DNA of 19,285 nucleotides from an uncultured Gemmatimonadales bacterium (GCA_963842945.1 CAWJIM010000012.1:1-19285); one strand, 5' to 3'. Positions 1 to 9,975 are shown, numbered from the stretch's first letter. The notes: a model not told the origin generated them from the letters alone. Numbers and translations: made by a program.

Positions 1-1368
1 AACCCGGTGACCGATGCCATCGCCCAGGCGGCGCTCCGCATGCTGCTGGCGGCCCGCGCGGGGAAGCCGCTTCCCACCGTTCCCACTCCGGCTCCGCTGA
101 CCCGGTCCCAGGCCATAGCGCTCATGGGCCGGTACATGAAGGGTGACACCGGGATGGATCTGGAGGAGTATGCCGGCAGGCTGTACCTGACACCGGTGCA
201 GGGAGGCATGCGGTCCGAGCTGCGAGTTGACGAAGCAGGAAACTCCGGCGCCTCCGCCAAGCCGATGGAGTTGGTACCTGCCGACCAGCCCGGCCAGGAC
301 GTTCGCATTGTCCCACTGGCGCCCGGACGGATCGCTGTCGGCAAGGACACCCTGAAGCGACTTGCCACGCCAGGCTCCAAAGAAGTGGCCATGGCGCAGC
401 CCAAGCCGGCGGCGGCCACCGACGAGTTCGCCGGCCTCATCGGCGAATACGGCTGGGACCACAACGTGCTGTACATCTTCGAAAAGCCCCCGGGAAGCTT
501 CACGCGCTGATCGAGTGGTTCTTCGGTACCCGCTGACCGAGAAAAACCCCCCGACGTCTTTCGTTTCCCCGAGGAGGGCCTCTACCACGAGCGAGAAGAT
601 GATCTTCCACCCCGACAGCGATCGCCCGGCGACGTTCGAAATTGCGGGATCGGTTGCTAAGCGGATTCAATCCGCGGGCCGGGTGATCGGCGGAGGGAAA
701 AACCCTTCCAAATAGAGCCGCTGGAGCCGGTAGAAGAATTCCGCACAAGATGCCAGGGCGGCAACAGACCGCCGACGAGAAGGCACCAACCGTCACGCCG
801 GAGCTGGTGGAGCTAGGACGTCTCGACCCCACGATCAAGCTCGATATTCGCTACGCCACGAACAACAACTTCTGGGCACGCCACTCTACACGCGGCGCAA
901 GCGTTCATGCAGCGGCCGGCGGCCGAGGCGGTGGTGCGGTGCACGAGCTCGGGCAGCTGGGCTATGGTTTGCTGATCCACGACGCCTACCGGCCCTGGTA
1001 CGTGACCAAGATGTTCTGGGACGCGACGCCGGGGACAAGCACGACTTCGTCGCCGATCCCGCGAAGGGCTCGCGGCACAACCGCGGCTGCGCCGTCGATC
1101 TCACGCTGTACGACCTGAAGACCGGCAAGCCGATCGCATGGTCGGCGGCTACGATGAGATGTCGCGACCGCTCGTATCCGAACTACCCCGGCGGCACCTC
1201 GCGGCAGCGCTGGCACCGCGAACTGCTCCGCCAGGCAATGGAGGCGAAGGATTCACCGTCTACGAGGCCGAGTGGTGGCACTTCGATTACAAGGACTGGC
1301 GGCAGTACCCGATCATGAACCTGACCTTCGAGCAGCTTGGTTCGGACGCCCAGCAGAATCACCCCTAA
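1..1368 (+). CDS. C-terminal part of a multidomain protein ending in an M15D (VanX/DdpX-type) D-alanyl-D-alanine dipeptidase domain; 5' end lies outside the window; several apparent indels
   Basis: Stitching frames gives ELVELGRLDPTIKLDIRYATNNNF...GYGLLIHDAYRPWYVTKMFWDATP...GSRHNRGCAVDLTLYDL...GGYDEMS...EAEWWHFDYKDWRQYPIMNLTFEQL. SxHxxGxAxD and EWWH are the VanX zinc/catalytic motifs. About 250 codons of upstream coding sequence (e.g. GLIGEYGWDHNVLYIFEK) appear continuous with it. Stop TAA at 1366-1368. Confidence 0.85.
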
Positions 1369-1384
1369 ACCGACAGGTGAACGC

Positions 1385-3437
1385 ATGACACGATTCCTGG
1401 TGGGACTGTTCCTCGCGGCGTTGACCCTCGGCTGGGATGATCTCGCAGCTCAGCGCCCGGCGCAGAGGCCGCCCGCACCTCCCACTGAGCGAGCCGGGCC
1501 GGAGGGTCCGCCCGCGGGCGCAGCCCAGCTCACCCGGGCCGACGTGCAGGCCTGGCTCGACGGCTTCCTTCCCTACGCTCTTCAGGCGCGGAGATATCCC
1601 CGGCGCTGTGGTGGTGGTGGTCAAGGACGGCCAGGTTCTGCTTCAAGAAGGGCTACGGCTACGCCGACGTCGAAGCGGCAGAAGCCGGTCGATCCCGACG
1701 CGCACGCTGTTCCGGCCCGGGCTCGGTCTCCAAGCTCTTCACCTGGACTGCGGTGATGCAGCTGGTCGAGCAGGGCAAGCTGGACCTGGATCAGCGACGT
1801 CAACACCTACCTCGACTTCAAGATTCCTCCGGCCTTCGGCAAGCCCATCACCCTGCGGGACGCCATGACCCACACGCCGGGATTCGAGGAGGTCGGCCAA
1901 GCAACCTGTTCTCCGACGACACCACCAACGTGCAGCCCAATGGCGAGTGGCTGAAGTCGTGGACTCCGAAGCGGATCTACCCGCCGGGAACGGTGCCCGC
2001 CTATTCCAACTACGCCACCGCCCTGGCCGGGTACATCGTGGAGCGGGTGTCGGGCGAGCCGTTCGACGCAGTACATCGAGCAGCACATCTTCGCAGCCGC
2101 TCGGCATGGAGCACGCGACCTTCCGCCAGCCGCTGCCGACGTCGCCTGCCGCCAAGACATGTCGGAGGGCTACGAGCAGGCGTCCTCGGGCGAGCCCAAG
2201 CCCTTCGAGATGGTGGCGCCGGCGCCCCGGCGGGAGCCCTCGCCGCGTCCGGCGCCGACATGGCGCCGATTCATGATCGCCCACCTGCAGAACGGCCGCT
2301 TTGGCGAGTCCAGCATCCTTCAGCCCGGAGACGGCGCAGGCTGATGCACGACGACCGGCGCTCACGCATCGATGCCGCGCGGTCAACCGCATGCTGCTCG
2401 GCTTCTACGAGACCAACCGCAACGGCCACCGGGCCATCGCCCACGGGGGCGACACCTTCTGGTTCCACAGCGATCTGCACCTCTTCATCGACGATGGTGT
2501 CGGCATCTTCATCTCGATGAACAGCCCCGGCAAGGCCGGCGCGGCGGGCGCCATCCGCGCGGCGCTGTCTTCGAGCAGTTCGCCGACCGCTACCTGCCGG
2601 CTCGCCGAGCACGGCCAGGCCAGCTGGACCCGCAGATCGCCTACGCCGCACGCCCACCAGGTGGCCGGACCAGTACGAGAGCTCGCGCCATTCCGTCTCC
2701 AACTTCTTCTGGCGTGGCCGAGCCTGCTCAGCCCCAGTAAGGTCACGCGTCAATCGCCGACGCCAGCATTGCCCTGCTGGTACCTCTACCGAGTCCGAAC
2801 GGCGAGCCGAAGCATGGCGTGAAGATCCTGCTCTTCGTCTGGCAGGAGGTCGACGGCAGAAACGTGGCCGGCGCCGAAAGTGGAAAATGGACGCGTCAGG
2901 ATGTCGAGCGGCGAACTGATATCTCGCCGTTCATCGTGTTTCTGCCCGACTCGGTGGTGGAAGTCGCCCTCGTGGCTCGTGCCGCTTGCCGAGTTCAGCC
3001 TGGCGGTGCTGAATCCGTACCGTGATCGCCTGGGCCTCGGGCTGCGCTGGCTCGCCCGCCGTCATCGGCAGACCTTTCTGCTGCAAGGGCCGGGCCTGGG
3101 ACAGCTTACCGGTGGGTCCGCATTGCGGGCCGGGGCTTCGGCTGCTCCTGCTGGCCGGCTGGATGCCGTGGCAAATCCAGCGAATGAGCTGCTAGTGTCT
3201 TGGCGTTAACCTCGATGAGCCATCTTCTGTTTTTGGCTGCTTCGAGCCGCTCGGTCTTGTGCGCTGTTTCTGGGCGCGGTAGGGGTGGCGTCTTGCAATG
3301 CCCGGCTGGCCTGGAGCGACAAGCGTCCCTGGACCTCCAAAGCTCTGGCAGATGGGACTGCCCGCCTCCGGCCACCGTGACGATGCTGCTATATCGCCGT
3401 GGTGTTCAAGCTCGTCGCGTTCGACATCAACTATTGA
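1385..3437 (+). CDS. Serine hydrolase of the beta-lactamase class C / D-peptidase family, with signal peptide and C-terminal membrane segments (many frameshifts)
   Basis: ATG at 1385 after AGGTG; N-terminus MTRFLVGLFLAALTLG. Reconstructed segments: DIPGAVVVVVKDGQVLLQKGYG, LFRPGSVSKLFTWTAVMQLVEQGKLDLD (SxxK), PAYSNYATALAGYIVERVSG (YxN), IAHGGDTFWFHSDLHLF (HGG). A hydrophobic, error-rich C-terminal region ends VFKLVAFDINY-TGA at 3435-3437. Confidence 0.8.
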
Positions 3438-3463
3438 CTGAGCGGCATCGACCTGGCCGAAGG

Positions 3464-5328
3464 ATTCGGAAGTTCGCTGCGCTCAGGATCGACACCTTGG
3501 CGGTCCTCCTCGCGCTCTCCGCGGCGTGCGCGAGCCCGCCGTCATCGCCTCAGCCCACTCCGTCCGGGACGGAGTACGACCTCGTCATCCGGAACGGGCG
3601 GGTGCTCGACGGCGCGGGCAATCCCTGGGTGCGCGCCGACGTCGGCATCAGTGACGGAAGAATCGCGAAGCTCGGCGTGGTGACCGACAAGGGCCGCCGG
3701 GAGATCGACGCCCGGGGCCGCTACGTCTCGCCCGGTTGGATCGACATGATGGACCACTCGGGCGACGTGCTGCTCGAGCAGCGGCCGCCGCGGAGAACAA
3801 GCTCCGCATGGGTGTCACCACGCTCATCGGTGGGGAAGGTGGCACGCCGGTTGCCGGCGGAGAGCATCAGCATCTACTTCTCCCGGCTGGAGCGGCAGGG
3901 CATCGCGGTCAATTTCGGCAGCTATTACAGCGCGGCCCAGGCCCGAGTCCACGTGATGGGTGACGGTGCCGGAACTCCCACGCCGGCGCAGCTGGTCAAA
4001 ATGAAATCCGATGTCACTCTCGCCATGCAGGCCGGTGCGCTCGGCATCAGCAGCGCGCTCATCTATCCGCCCGACAGCTACCAGTCTACCGCCGACCTGA
4101 TCGAGCTGGCCAAGATTGTCTCGCCCTGCGGAGGCTTCTACGCCACCCACATGCGGGACGAGAGCGAAAACCTGGTCTCCGGAATCCGTGAGGCGGTGGA
4201 GATCGGTGAGAAGGGAGGAGTGAAGGTCGAGATCTTCCACCTGAAGGCGGCGTTCGCGCCTGGTGGGGCCGGCTCATGCCCCAGGCTCTCGCCGAGATCG
4301 ATTCGGCCCGGGGCCGAGGCGTCGACGTGGCCGCGGATCTTTATCCCTATCGGGCCGGCGGGACCGGCCTCAGCATCACGGTACCCAACTGGGTCTTTGC
4401 CGAGGGAGAGGAGAAGGGCTACGCCCGCCTGCGCGACCCGGCGGTACGAGAGCGGCTCAAGCGGGAGGTGGCGGCGGGATCTCAGCCGGGCTGGTCCAAC
4501 CTGGTGCAGGCGTCAGGCGGCTGGGACCACGTCGTGCTGGCCAATCCGTTCAACAAGAAGTACGCCGCCTACCACATGAAGAGCATCGCGGCCATCGCCA
4601 CGGCTCTCGGACGGGACCCCGCCGATGTGGCCTGGGACATCGTGCTCGAGGCTCTGCCCAACCGGGCGATGGCGCTCTTCTTCATGATGGACGAGGGCGA
4701 CATCGCGCTCGCGCTGCGTGAGCCGTGGACCAGCATCGGCACCGACGCGGCCTCGGCCGTGAAGTTCGGTGAGGTCGATGCGCTGGGCCTGCCGCACCCC
4801 CGGGCTTACGGCACGTTCCCCCGGATCATCGCCGAGTACGTGCGCAAGCGGCATCTGCTCACTCTGGAGGAGGCGGTCAGGAAGATGACCTCCTGGCCGG
4901 CCGCTCGGATGGGCTTCGCCGACCGGGGAGTGATCCGGGAAGGCATGCGGGCCGACATCACCGTGTTCGACTTCGACCGGATCCAGGACAACGCCACCTG
5001 GGACCTGCCCACCGCCGCGCCGGCGGGGATCGACTACGTCGTGGTAAACGGAGAGGTCACTCTGGACCAGAGCGGCTACACTGGAGCCAAGGCGGGCGAG
5101 GTCCTCCGGGGTGCCTGTGCACAGAGCCCAAGCCTCTGGAGAAGTAGCGCGAAGGATCTGACCACCACGGAGGCACGGAATCCACGGAGGTGGCACGGAC
5201 TCACGCAGGCATCGGGTAAGTTAATTTGTGGTGACAACAGCACACCGCCCAGCAAAAGTTCATCGAGGATGTACTCGGGCAGTGTGCTCTTCTCCCGAAA
5301 AATTCGCTTATGCGGTGCCCGTGAATGA
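3464..5328 (+). CDS. N-acyl-D-amino-acid deacylase (D-aminoacylase)-like amidohydrolase, probable lipoprotein; start uncertain; frameshifts near 3780, 3850 and 4265
   Basis: LAVLLALSAA-C lipobox, YDLVIRNGRVLDGAGNPWVRADVGI, PGWID, GVTTLIGGEGG, YATHMRDE, EIFHLK, GTDA, PHPRAYGTFPR, LTLEEAVRKMTSWPA, DRGVIREGMRADITVFD, GIDYVVVNG. Family-like sequence ends at GEVLRG (~5112); the frame then reads on through the hairpin element to 5328. Confidence 0.85.
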
Positions 5329-5366
5329 GTCCGTGCTACCTCCGTGTATTCCGTGTCTCCGTGGTG
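5163..5366. repeat. ~204-nt imperfect inverted-repeat (rod-like hairpin) element built on CACGGA units; MITE/REPIN-like
   Basis: Left arm CACCACGGAGGCACGGAATCCACGGAGGTGGCACGGACTCA (5163-5203) matches the reverse complement of TGAGTCCGTGCTACCTCCGTGTATTCCGTGTCTCCGTGGTG (5326-5366) at 38/41. Pairing continues inward: GGCATCG/CGGTGCC, GTAAG/CTTAT, AATTT/AAATT, AGCACACCGCCC/GGGCAGTGTGCT, AGTTCATC/GATGTACT. Confidence 0.85.
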
Positions 5367-5401
5367 AGCCGGGGAGCTGTCCGCCCCTTTCGTACTGTCC
5401 G

Positions 5402-6582
5402 TTACACTCGAGCAGCGCGGCGAGCAGTCTCTGCCAGGACGGCCGCACCCACGAAGATGCTTTCCTCCGCCACGATGAATCCGGGTGAGTGCGCCGGCAG
5501 CCAGGGACCTCCCGGCTCCCGCGCGCCGATCCTGAGAAAGCAGCCCGGAATCTTTTCCAGGTAGAAGGCGAAGTCCTCGCCCCCCATGTTGGTGGCCGTC
5601 AGCGGCACCAGCGCGCTCTCGCCCAGGACGCTCTTCACCGCCTCTCGGGCCCAGCCGATCGGCTCGGCCGGGTTCACCACCGGCGGCGTTCCCTGATCGA
5701 ACGGAACGTGGGCTTTCAGCCGGTGGGCCTGGGCCACGTGGGTGCTCACTCGCTTGAGCTCCCCCATCAGCAGCTCGCGCGAGGCGCGGGTCACCGCTCG
5801 AATCGTCCCAGTCAGCTCGGCACGATCGGGAATGAGTTGTCCGCGGTGCCGGAGTGCACCGTTCCCACGGTGACCACGGCGGGGATCGGCGGATCGAGCC
5901 GGCGAGACACCAGCGTCTGGAGCCCGATGATCAGCGCGGCCGCACCCACGATTGGATCGGCCGACTCGTGGGGACGGGCGGCGTGAGCTCCTGCTCCGAT
6001 CAGCTCGATCTTGAAGTTGTCGGTCGAAGCGTTGACCGGTCCCTCCTGCGCCACCACCTGGCCCAGCTCGTAACGCCGGTCCACGTGGCGCCGACGATCA
6101 CTTCGCCCCGTCCAGCGCGCCGGTCTCCAGAATCGCGGCGGCGCCCTCACCCACCTCCTCCGCGGGCTGGAACACCAATAGCACGTCGCCTCGGCGGGAG
6201 GTTGCTGGCAGCAACGCCGCGCCGATAGCCCAGGTCGCGTGCACGTCGTGCCCGCACGCGTGCATCACGCCCTTGGTGCTGGAGGCAAAGTCGAGACCGG
6301 TCGCCTCCTCGATGGGCAGCGCGTCGATATCGCCCCGGATCGCCACCGTCCGGCCTTTGCTCCGGCCGGGAATTCGTCCCACGACTCCGGTTCCTACCAC
6401 TCGCCGGATGTCCGTGGCCCGAGCGATTTCAGCTCGGCCTCCAGCCGGGCCGCGGTCTTCTCCTCTTTCCAGGACAGCTCCGGATTCTGGTGCAGGTCGC
6501 GCCGGAGCGCGGTCAGCCGCGCCGCCTCCTTCTGGCTGAAGCCGAGCCTGGCGGGCCAGCGAAGCTTTGGGCTTTGCTTCAG
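5402..6582 (-). CDS. M20D family amidohydrolase, probable N-succinyl-L-amino acid desuccinylase (frameshifted; start uncertain, CTG 6582 or ATG 6635)
   Basis: LRRDLHQNPELSWKEEKTA, VAIRGDIDALPIEE, MHACGHDVH, VFQPAEE, GAHAARPH, MGGEDFAFYLEKIPGCF, PAHSPGF. It is the last gene of an operon with the GNAT and NSAR genes. Confidence 0.85.
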
Positions 6583-6661
6583 GCTGCCACCTCGATATTT
6601 CGATGCTGGAGAGTTGCTGCGGTCGCTGTGGGCATCGGTCGTTCCTCGTACCTTGGCCGCC

Positions 6662-7429
6662 TTAGTCTGTGCCTCGCGTGAGCCGGTAGAACCCGCCGGT
6701 GGGAGAACGCTCGAAGCCCGCCACGCGATACCCGTCGGCCAGGAGACGGAGGAAGGCAGGGCGGGTCGACTCCCGCCACTTCCGGGCGGCCGCCGGATCT
6801 ACCGCGATCAGCTGGTGGATATCCTGCGGAATCTCCACCACCACCTCCGTCCCGCTTCTGTCCCTTCTTCCGTCCCCGCTGCCCATCTGCCCCGCTGCCC
6901 GGCTGACGTCCCCGCTTACCTCCCATGCCACTACGAACCGATCGGTCCCGATCCCCTGGTGCAGCGCGCTCCCGGTGTCGGCGCCGTACATGTCCGGCAC
7001 ATAATCGGTGACCCGGGCACCCAACGCGTTGAGGTTCAGATGCGCGTTCCGGGACACCAGGGGATCGAAGGTCCAGAGAATCTGGGTTACTCCCAGCTCC
7101 GCCACCAGCGAGCGCTGGTACAGCTTGAGCCGGCGTCCGATGCCGTGGTCCCGCGCTTCGGGGCGCACCGCGAGCATGTCCGACCAGTGTACCAGCTCGC
7201 CGTCGCGAACGCCGGTCATTCCGAAGACGAAGCCCAGGATCCTGGCCTCGGCTCCAGCGCTATCGAAAGCCGCTGCGGTGACGCCGCCGAGGTACTGCGA
7301 CACCTTGAGAATGGCGGAGGGAACCCGCTCGCTGAAGCCGGCGCCCCAGGTCTCGTCCTGGATCCGGACGCACTCTTCGTACTCAGCCTGAGTCTCCACC
7401 CGGCGAATCACGATTGCATCACCGGTCAT
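6662..7429 (-). CDS. GNAT-superfamily acyltransferase, probable succinyl-CoA:D-amino acid N-succinyltransferase
   Basis: Intact 255-aa ORF with HWSDMLAVRPEARDHGIGRRLK (GNAT motif A), WTFDPLVSRNAHLNLNALGA, YVPDMYG and TDRFVVAW, typical of the NSAR-associated GNAT family. It overlaps the permease stop. Confidence 0.85.
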   Translation of the reverse strand: MTGDAIVIRRVETQAEYEECVRIQDETWGAGFSERVPSAILKVSQYLGGVTAAAFDSAGAEARILGFVFGMTGVRDGELVHWSDMLAVRPEARDHGIGRRLKLYQRSLVAELGVTQILWTFDPLVSRNAHLNLNALGARVTDYVPDMYGADTGSALHQGIGTDRFVVAWEVSGDVSRAAGQMGSGDGRRDRSGTEVVVEIPQDIHQLIAVDPAAARKWRESTRPAFLRLLADGYRVAGFERSPTGGFYRLTRGTD

Positions 7430-8774
7430 GCGGTGCCTCGGCCGTTCGATGCCCCGCTGCTCCGCCCCGCCGCCATATCAGATACGCCGGCGATCCCAGC
7501 AGCAGGACACCGAGTCCGAGCGCCGCTCGTCCCGGCTGTGCCACCATGGTGTTGAGCACGATGGCCGCGGCCGAGGCGACGAAGAGGATCGGAGTCACCG
7601 GATACCCCGGGACCCGGAAGGGGCGGGGAGTGTCCGGCTCCTTGCGCCGGTAGGCGAAAACGCAGAGCGCGCCCAGCCCGTAGAAGATCCAGCCGATGAA
7701 CACCACGTAGGTGAAGAGCTGCTCGAAGGTGCCGCTGACCGCGAGCACCATGGACCAGAGGGATGAGGCCACGATCGCGACCGCGGGAGTGCCGAAGCGG
7801 GGATGCACCTCGGCCAGACGGCGGAAGAAGATCCCGTCTCGCGCCATGGCGAAGAACGCGCGGGGCAGGGTGAGCACCGTTCCATTGGTCGCGCTCACGA
7901 TGGAGATCAGGATCATGACCGCGATCAGCTTCCCCGCGGCCGGCCCGAACAGTGCCGTGGTGGCCTCAGCGGCCACCCGGTCCGATGACGCGACGCCGGC
8001 CGGACCGAGCGCGGCGATGTAGCCGACGCAGGCCAGCAGGTAAATGGCTATCAGCGCCGCGGTGCCGATCACGATGGCGCGAGGGAAAGTACGCTGCGGG
8101 TTCTTCGTCTCTCCCGCGGAGTAGGTGACGAACTGCCAGCCCTCGTAGGCCCAGAGGGTCGCGATCATCGCCAGTCCGAAGCCGACCATGAGCGACCCGC
8201 CCGATACCGAGGTCGTGCGCTGCTCCTCTGCGCCAAGGCCGTGGCCCCAGAGCAGAAATAGCGCGCTCATCAGCACGATGCCGGCCACCTTGATCAGGGT
8301 GGCCCAGCCCTGGAAGCCGGCACTGGTCCGGGTGCCCCGCACATTCACGATCATGACGACCGCCAGCATCGCCACCGAGGCCAGCCGGCCCGAGAGCGGA
8401 GTCAACGGCACCAGCTGTCCCAGATAGGCCGTGAACGCTACGGCCAGTGTGGCGCTGGTGCCGGTACCGGTGATGAAGAACATGGTCCAGCCGAAGAGGA
8501 AGGCGGGGAAGCGGCCGAACCCGTCGCGGATATAGACGTAGACTCCCCCCGCCTGGGGCTTCATCGCCCCCATCTCGGCGTAGGTGAGCGCGCCGAGGAG
8601 CGAGAGCACACCGCCGGCCACCCACACCAGGAGCGAGAGCGGCACCGAGCCGCCGGTCTGCCGCATCACCGCGCCGGGGACGATGAAGATCCCGGACCCG
8701 ATCACCGTGCCGATGGTGATCGCGATCAGCTGGCGAAAACCCAGCAGCCGTGGCAGCTCATTCCGCTCACTCAT
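7419..8774 (-). CDS. APC-superfamily amino acid permease (LAT/SteT-like)
   Basis: Probable start MSERNELPRLLG at 8774 (ATGA overlap with the upstream stop). GTVIGSGIF in TM1, LLGALTYAEMG, GGVYVY, WAYEGW in TM6, RPFRVPGYP; about 12 hydrophobic segments. Confidence 0.92.
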   Translation of the reverse strand: MSERNELPRLLGFRQLIAITIGTVIGSGIFIVPGAVMRQTGGSVPLSLLVWVAGGVLSLLGALTYAEMGAMKPQAGGVYVYIRDGFGRFPAFLFGWTMFFITGTGTSATLAVAFTAYLGQLVPLTPLSGRLASVAMLAVVMIVNVRGTRTSAGFQGWATLIKVAGIVLMSALFLLWGHGLGAEEQRTTSVSGGSLMVGFGLAMIATLWAYEGWQFVTYSAGETKNPQRTFPRAIVIGTAALIAIYLLACVGYIAALGPAGVASSDRVAAEATTALFGPAAGKLIAVMILISIVSATNGTVLTLPRAFFAMARDGIFFRRLAEVHPRFGTPAVAIVASSLWSMVLAVSGTFEQLFTYVVFIGWIFYGLGALCVFAYRRKEPDTPRPFRVPGYPVTPILFVASAAAIVLNTMVAQPGRAALGLGVLLLGSPAYLIWRRGGAAGHRTAEAPHDR

Positions 8775-9889
8775 GCGAGTCGCTCGCGGCGAACCGTCAT
8801 CCGCTCGATGCGCTCCTGATCCACTTCGACTCCGATCCCCGCTCCCGTCGGTACCGTCATCATACCCTCGTGCATGGTCCATTCAGGCGACACCACGTCC
8901 CGCTCCCAGTAGCGCGCGCTGGGCGAGATGTCGCCCGGCTTGGTGAAGTTGGAAAGCGAGGCCAGGGCGACGTTGTAGGCCCGGCCCACTCCGCTCTCCA
9001 GCATCCCGCCGCACCAGACCGGGATCCCCTGCTCGGCGCAGAAGTCGTGGATCGCGATCGATGCGGCGAACCCGCCCACCCGTCCCGGCTTGATGTTGAT
9101 CACCCGGCCGCTCCCCAGCTCGGCCATCTCCCGGGCCCGCTCCAGCGAAGTGATCGACTCGTCCAGACAGATCGGCGTCCGGAGGCGGCGCTGCAGCTCG
9201 GCGTGCTGCCGAAGGTCGTCCCAGGCGAGGGGCTGCTCGATCATGATCAGGTCCAGCTCGTCCAGCCGAAGCAGCGGTTCCATATTCTCCAGGGAATAGG
9301 CGTTGTTGGCGTCGGCCATGAGCGGGGCCTTTGCTCCCAGCTCGGTGCGTACCGCCTTCACATACTCGACATCGGCGCCGGGCTCGATCTTGAGCTTCAC
9401 CTTGCGGTAGCCCTCCTCCAGCGCGAGGCGGGCCCGCTCGACCAATGCGCCGGGCGATGCCTGGATGCCGAGCGAGATCCCCACCTCCACCTCACTCCGG
9501 GTGCCGCCCAGCAGACAGGCGAGCGAGACGCCCCGCTGCTCCGCCGCCAGTGCCCACATCCCCATCTCCACCGCCGCCTTGGCCATCAGATGTCCCCGAA
9601 AGTTGTGCTGCAGGGCGGGGAAGACCTCTGCCGGGCTGGCGAAGGAGCGACCCAGCACCCGCGGCGCCACCCAGTGGACGATGGCGTGCCAGGCGGTGTC
9701 GATCGTTTCGCTGCTGTAGTTGGGCTCTTCCGGCGCCACGCACTCCGACCACACCGTCGCCCCATCCGCCTCCAGCTGAAGCAGAAGGATCCGGCGAGAC
9801 CGCTGGATGCCGGAGGAGATCCGGAACGGCTCCTTCAGGGGGAGCTGGATCTCCCGCAGGCTCAGGCATTCCAGCCCACGCTCCGTCAT
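8771..9889 (-). CDS. menC: Enolase-superfamily o-succinylbenzoate synthase / N-succinylamino acid racemase (NSAR/OSBS subfamily)
   Basis: Probable start MTERGLECLSLREIQLPLKEPFRISSG. KVKLK (KxK), metal ligands in DAN, IEQP and LDES, NIKPGRVGG (second catalytic Lys plus the NSAR-associated Arg), WCGGMLESGVG, GDIS. Intact frame of 372 aa. Confidence 0.9.
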   Translation of the reverse strand: MTERGLECLSLREIQLPLKEPFRISSGIQRSRRILLLQLEADGATVWSECVAPEEPNYSSETIDTAWHAIVHWVAPRVLGRSFASPAEVFPALQHNFRGHLMAKAAVEMGMWALAAEQRGVSLACLLGGTRSEVEVGISLGIQASPGALVERARLALEEGYRKVKLKIEPGADVEYVKAVRTELGAKAPLMADANNAYSLENMEPLLRLDELDLIMIEQPLAWDDLRQHAELQRRLRTPICLDESITSLERAREMAELGSGRVINIKPGRVGGFAASIAIHDFCAEQGIPVWCGGMLESGVGRAYNVALASLSNFTKPGDISPSARYWERDVVSPEWTMHEGMMTVPTGAGIGVEVDQERIERMTVRRERLA

Positions 9890-9903
9890 CTGGTGAGTGG
9901 ATT

Positions 9904-9955
9904 CATTATTGTATACATTGGCTTCAACAATGACCTTGATAGGCCGCCTGCGCAA
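9904..9955 (-). promoter_or_regulatory. AT-rich divergent promoter region: candidate sigma70 promoter for the NSAR operon plus candidate operator palindromes
   Basis: On the minus strand TTGCGC (9955-9950)-N17-CATTGT (9932-9927). Palindrome TGTATACA at 9910-9917; inverted repeat CATTATTG-N13-CAACAATG at 9904-9932. Confidence 0.45.
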
Positions 9956-9975
9956 GACTTTTCCCGGAGTGCACC

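Noticed and set aside
780..1368. Vancomycin resistance cluster
   Set aside because: There is no vanH, vanA/B ligase or vanRS in the window; a VanX-like domain alone does not imply resistance.
6579..6660. tmRNA, suggested by a short peptide ending in AA-stop
   Set aside because: There are no tRNA-like acceptor or T-arm sequences and too little intergenic space.
8771..9889. Menaquinone biosynthesis locus
   Set aside because: No other men genes are present, and the GNAT, M20 and permease neighbours point to racemase function.
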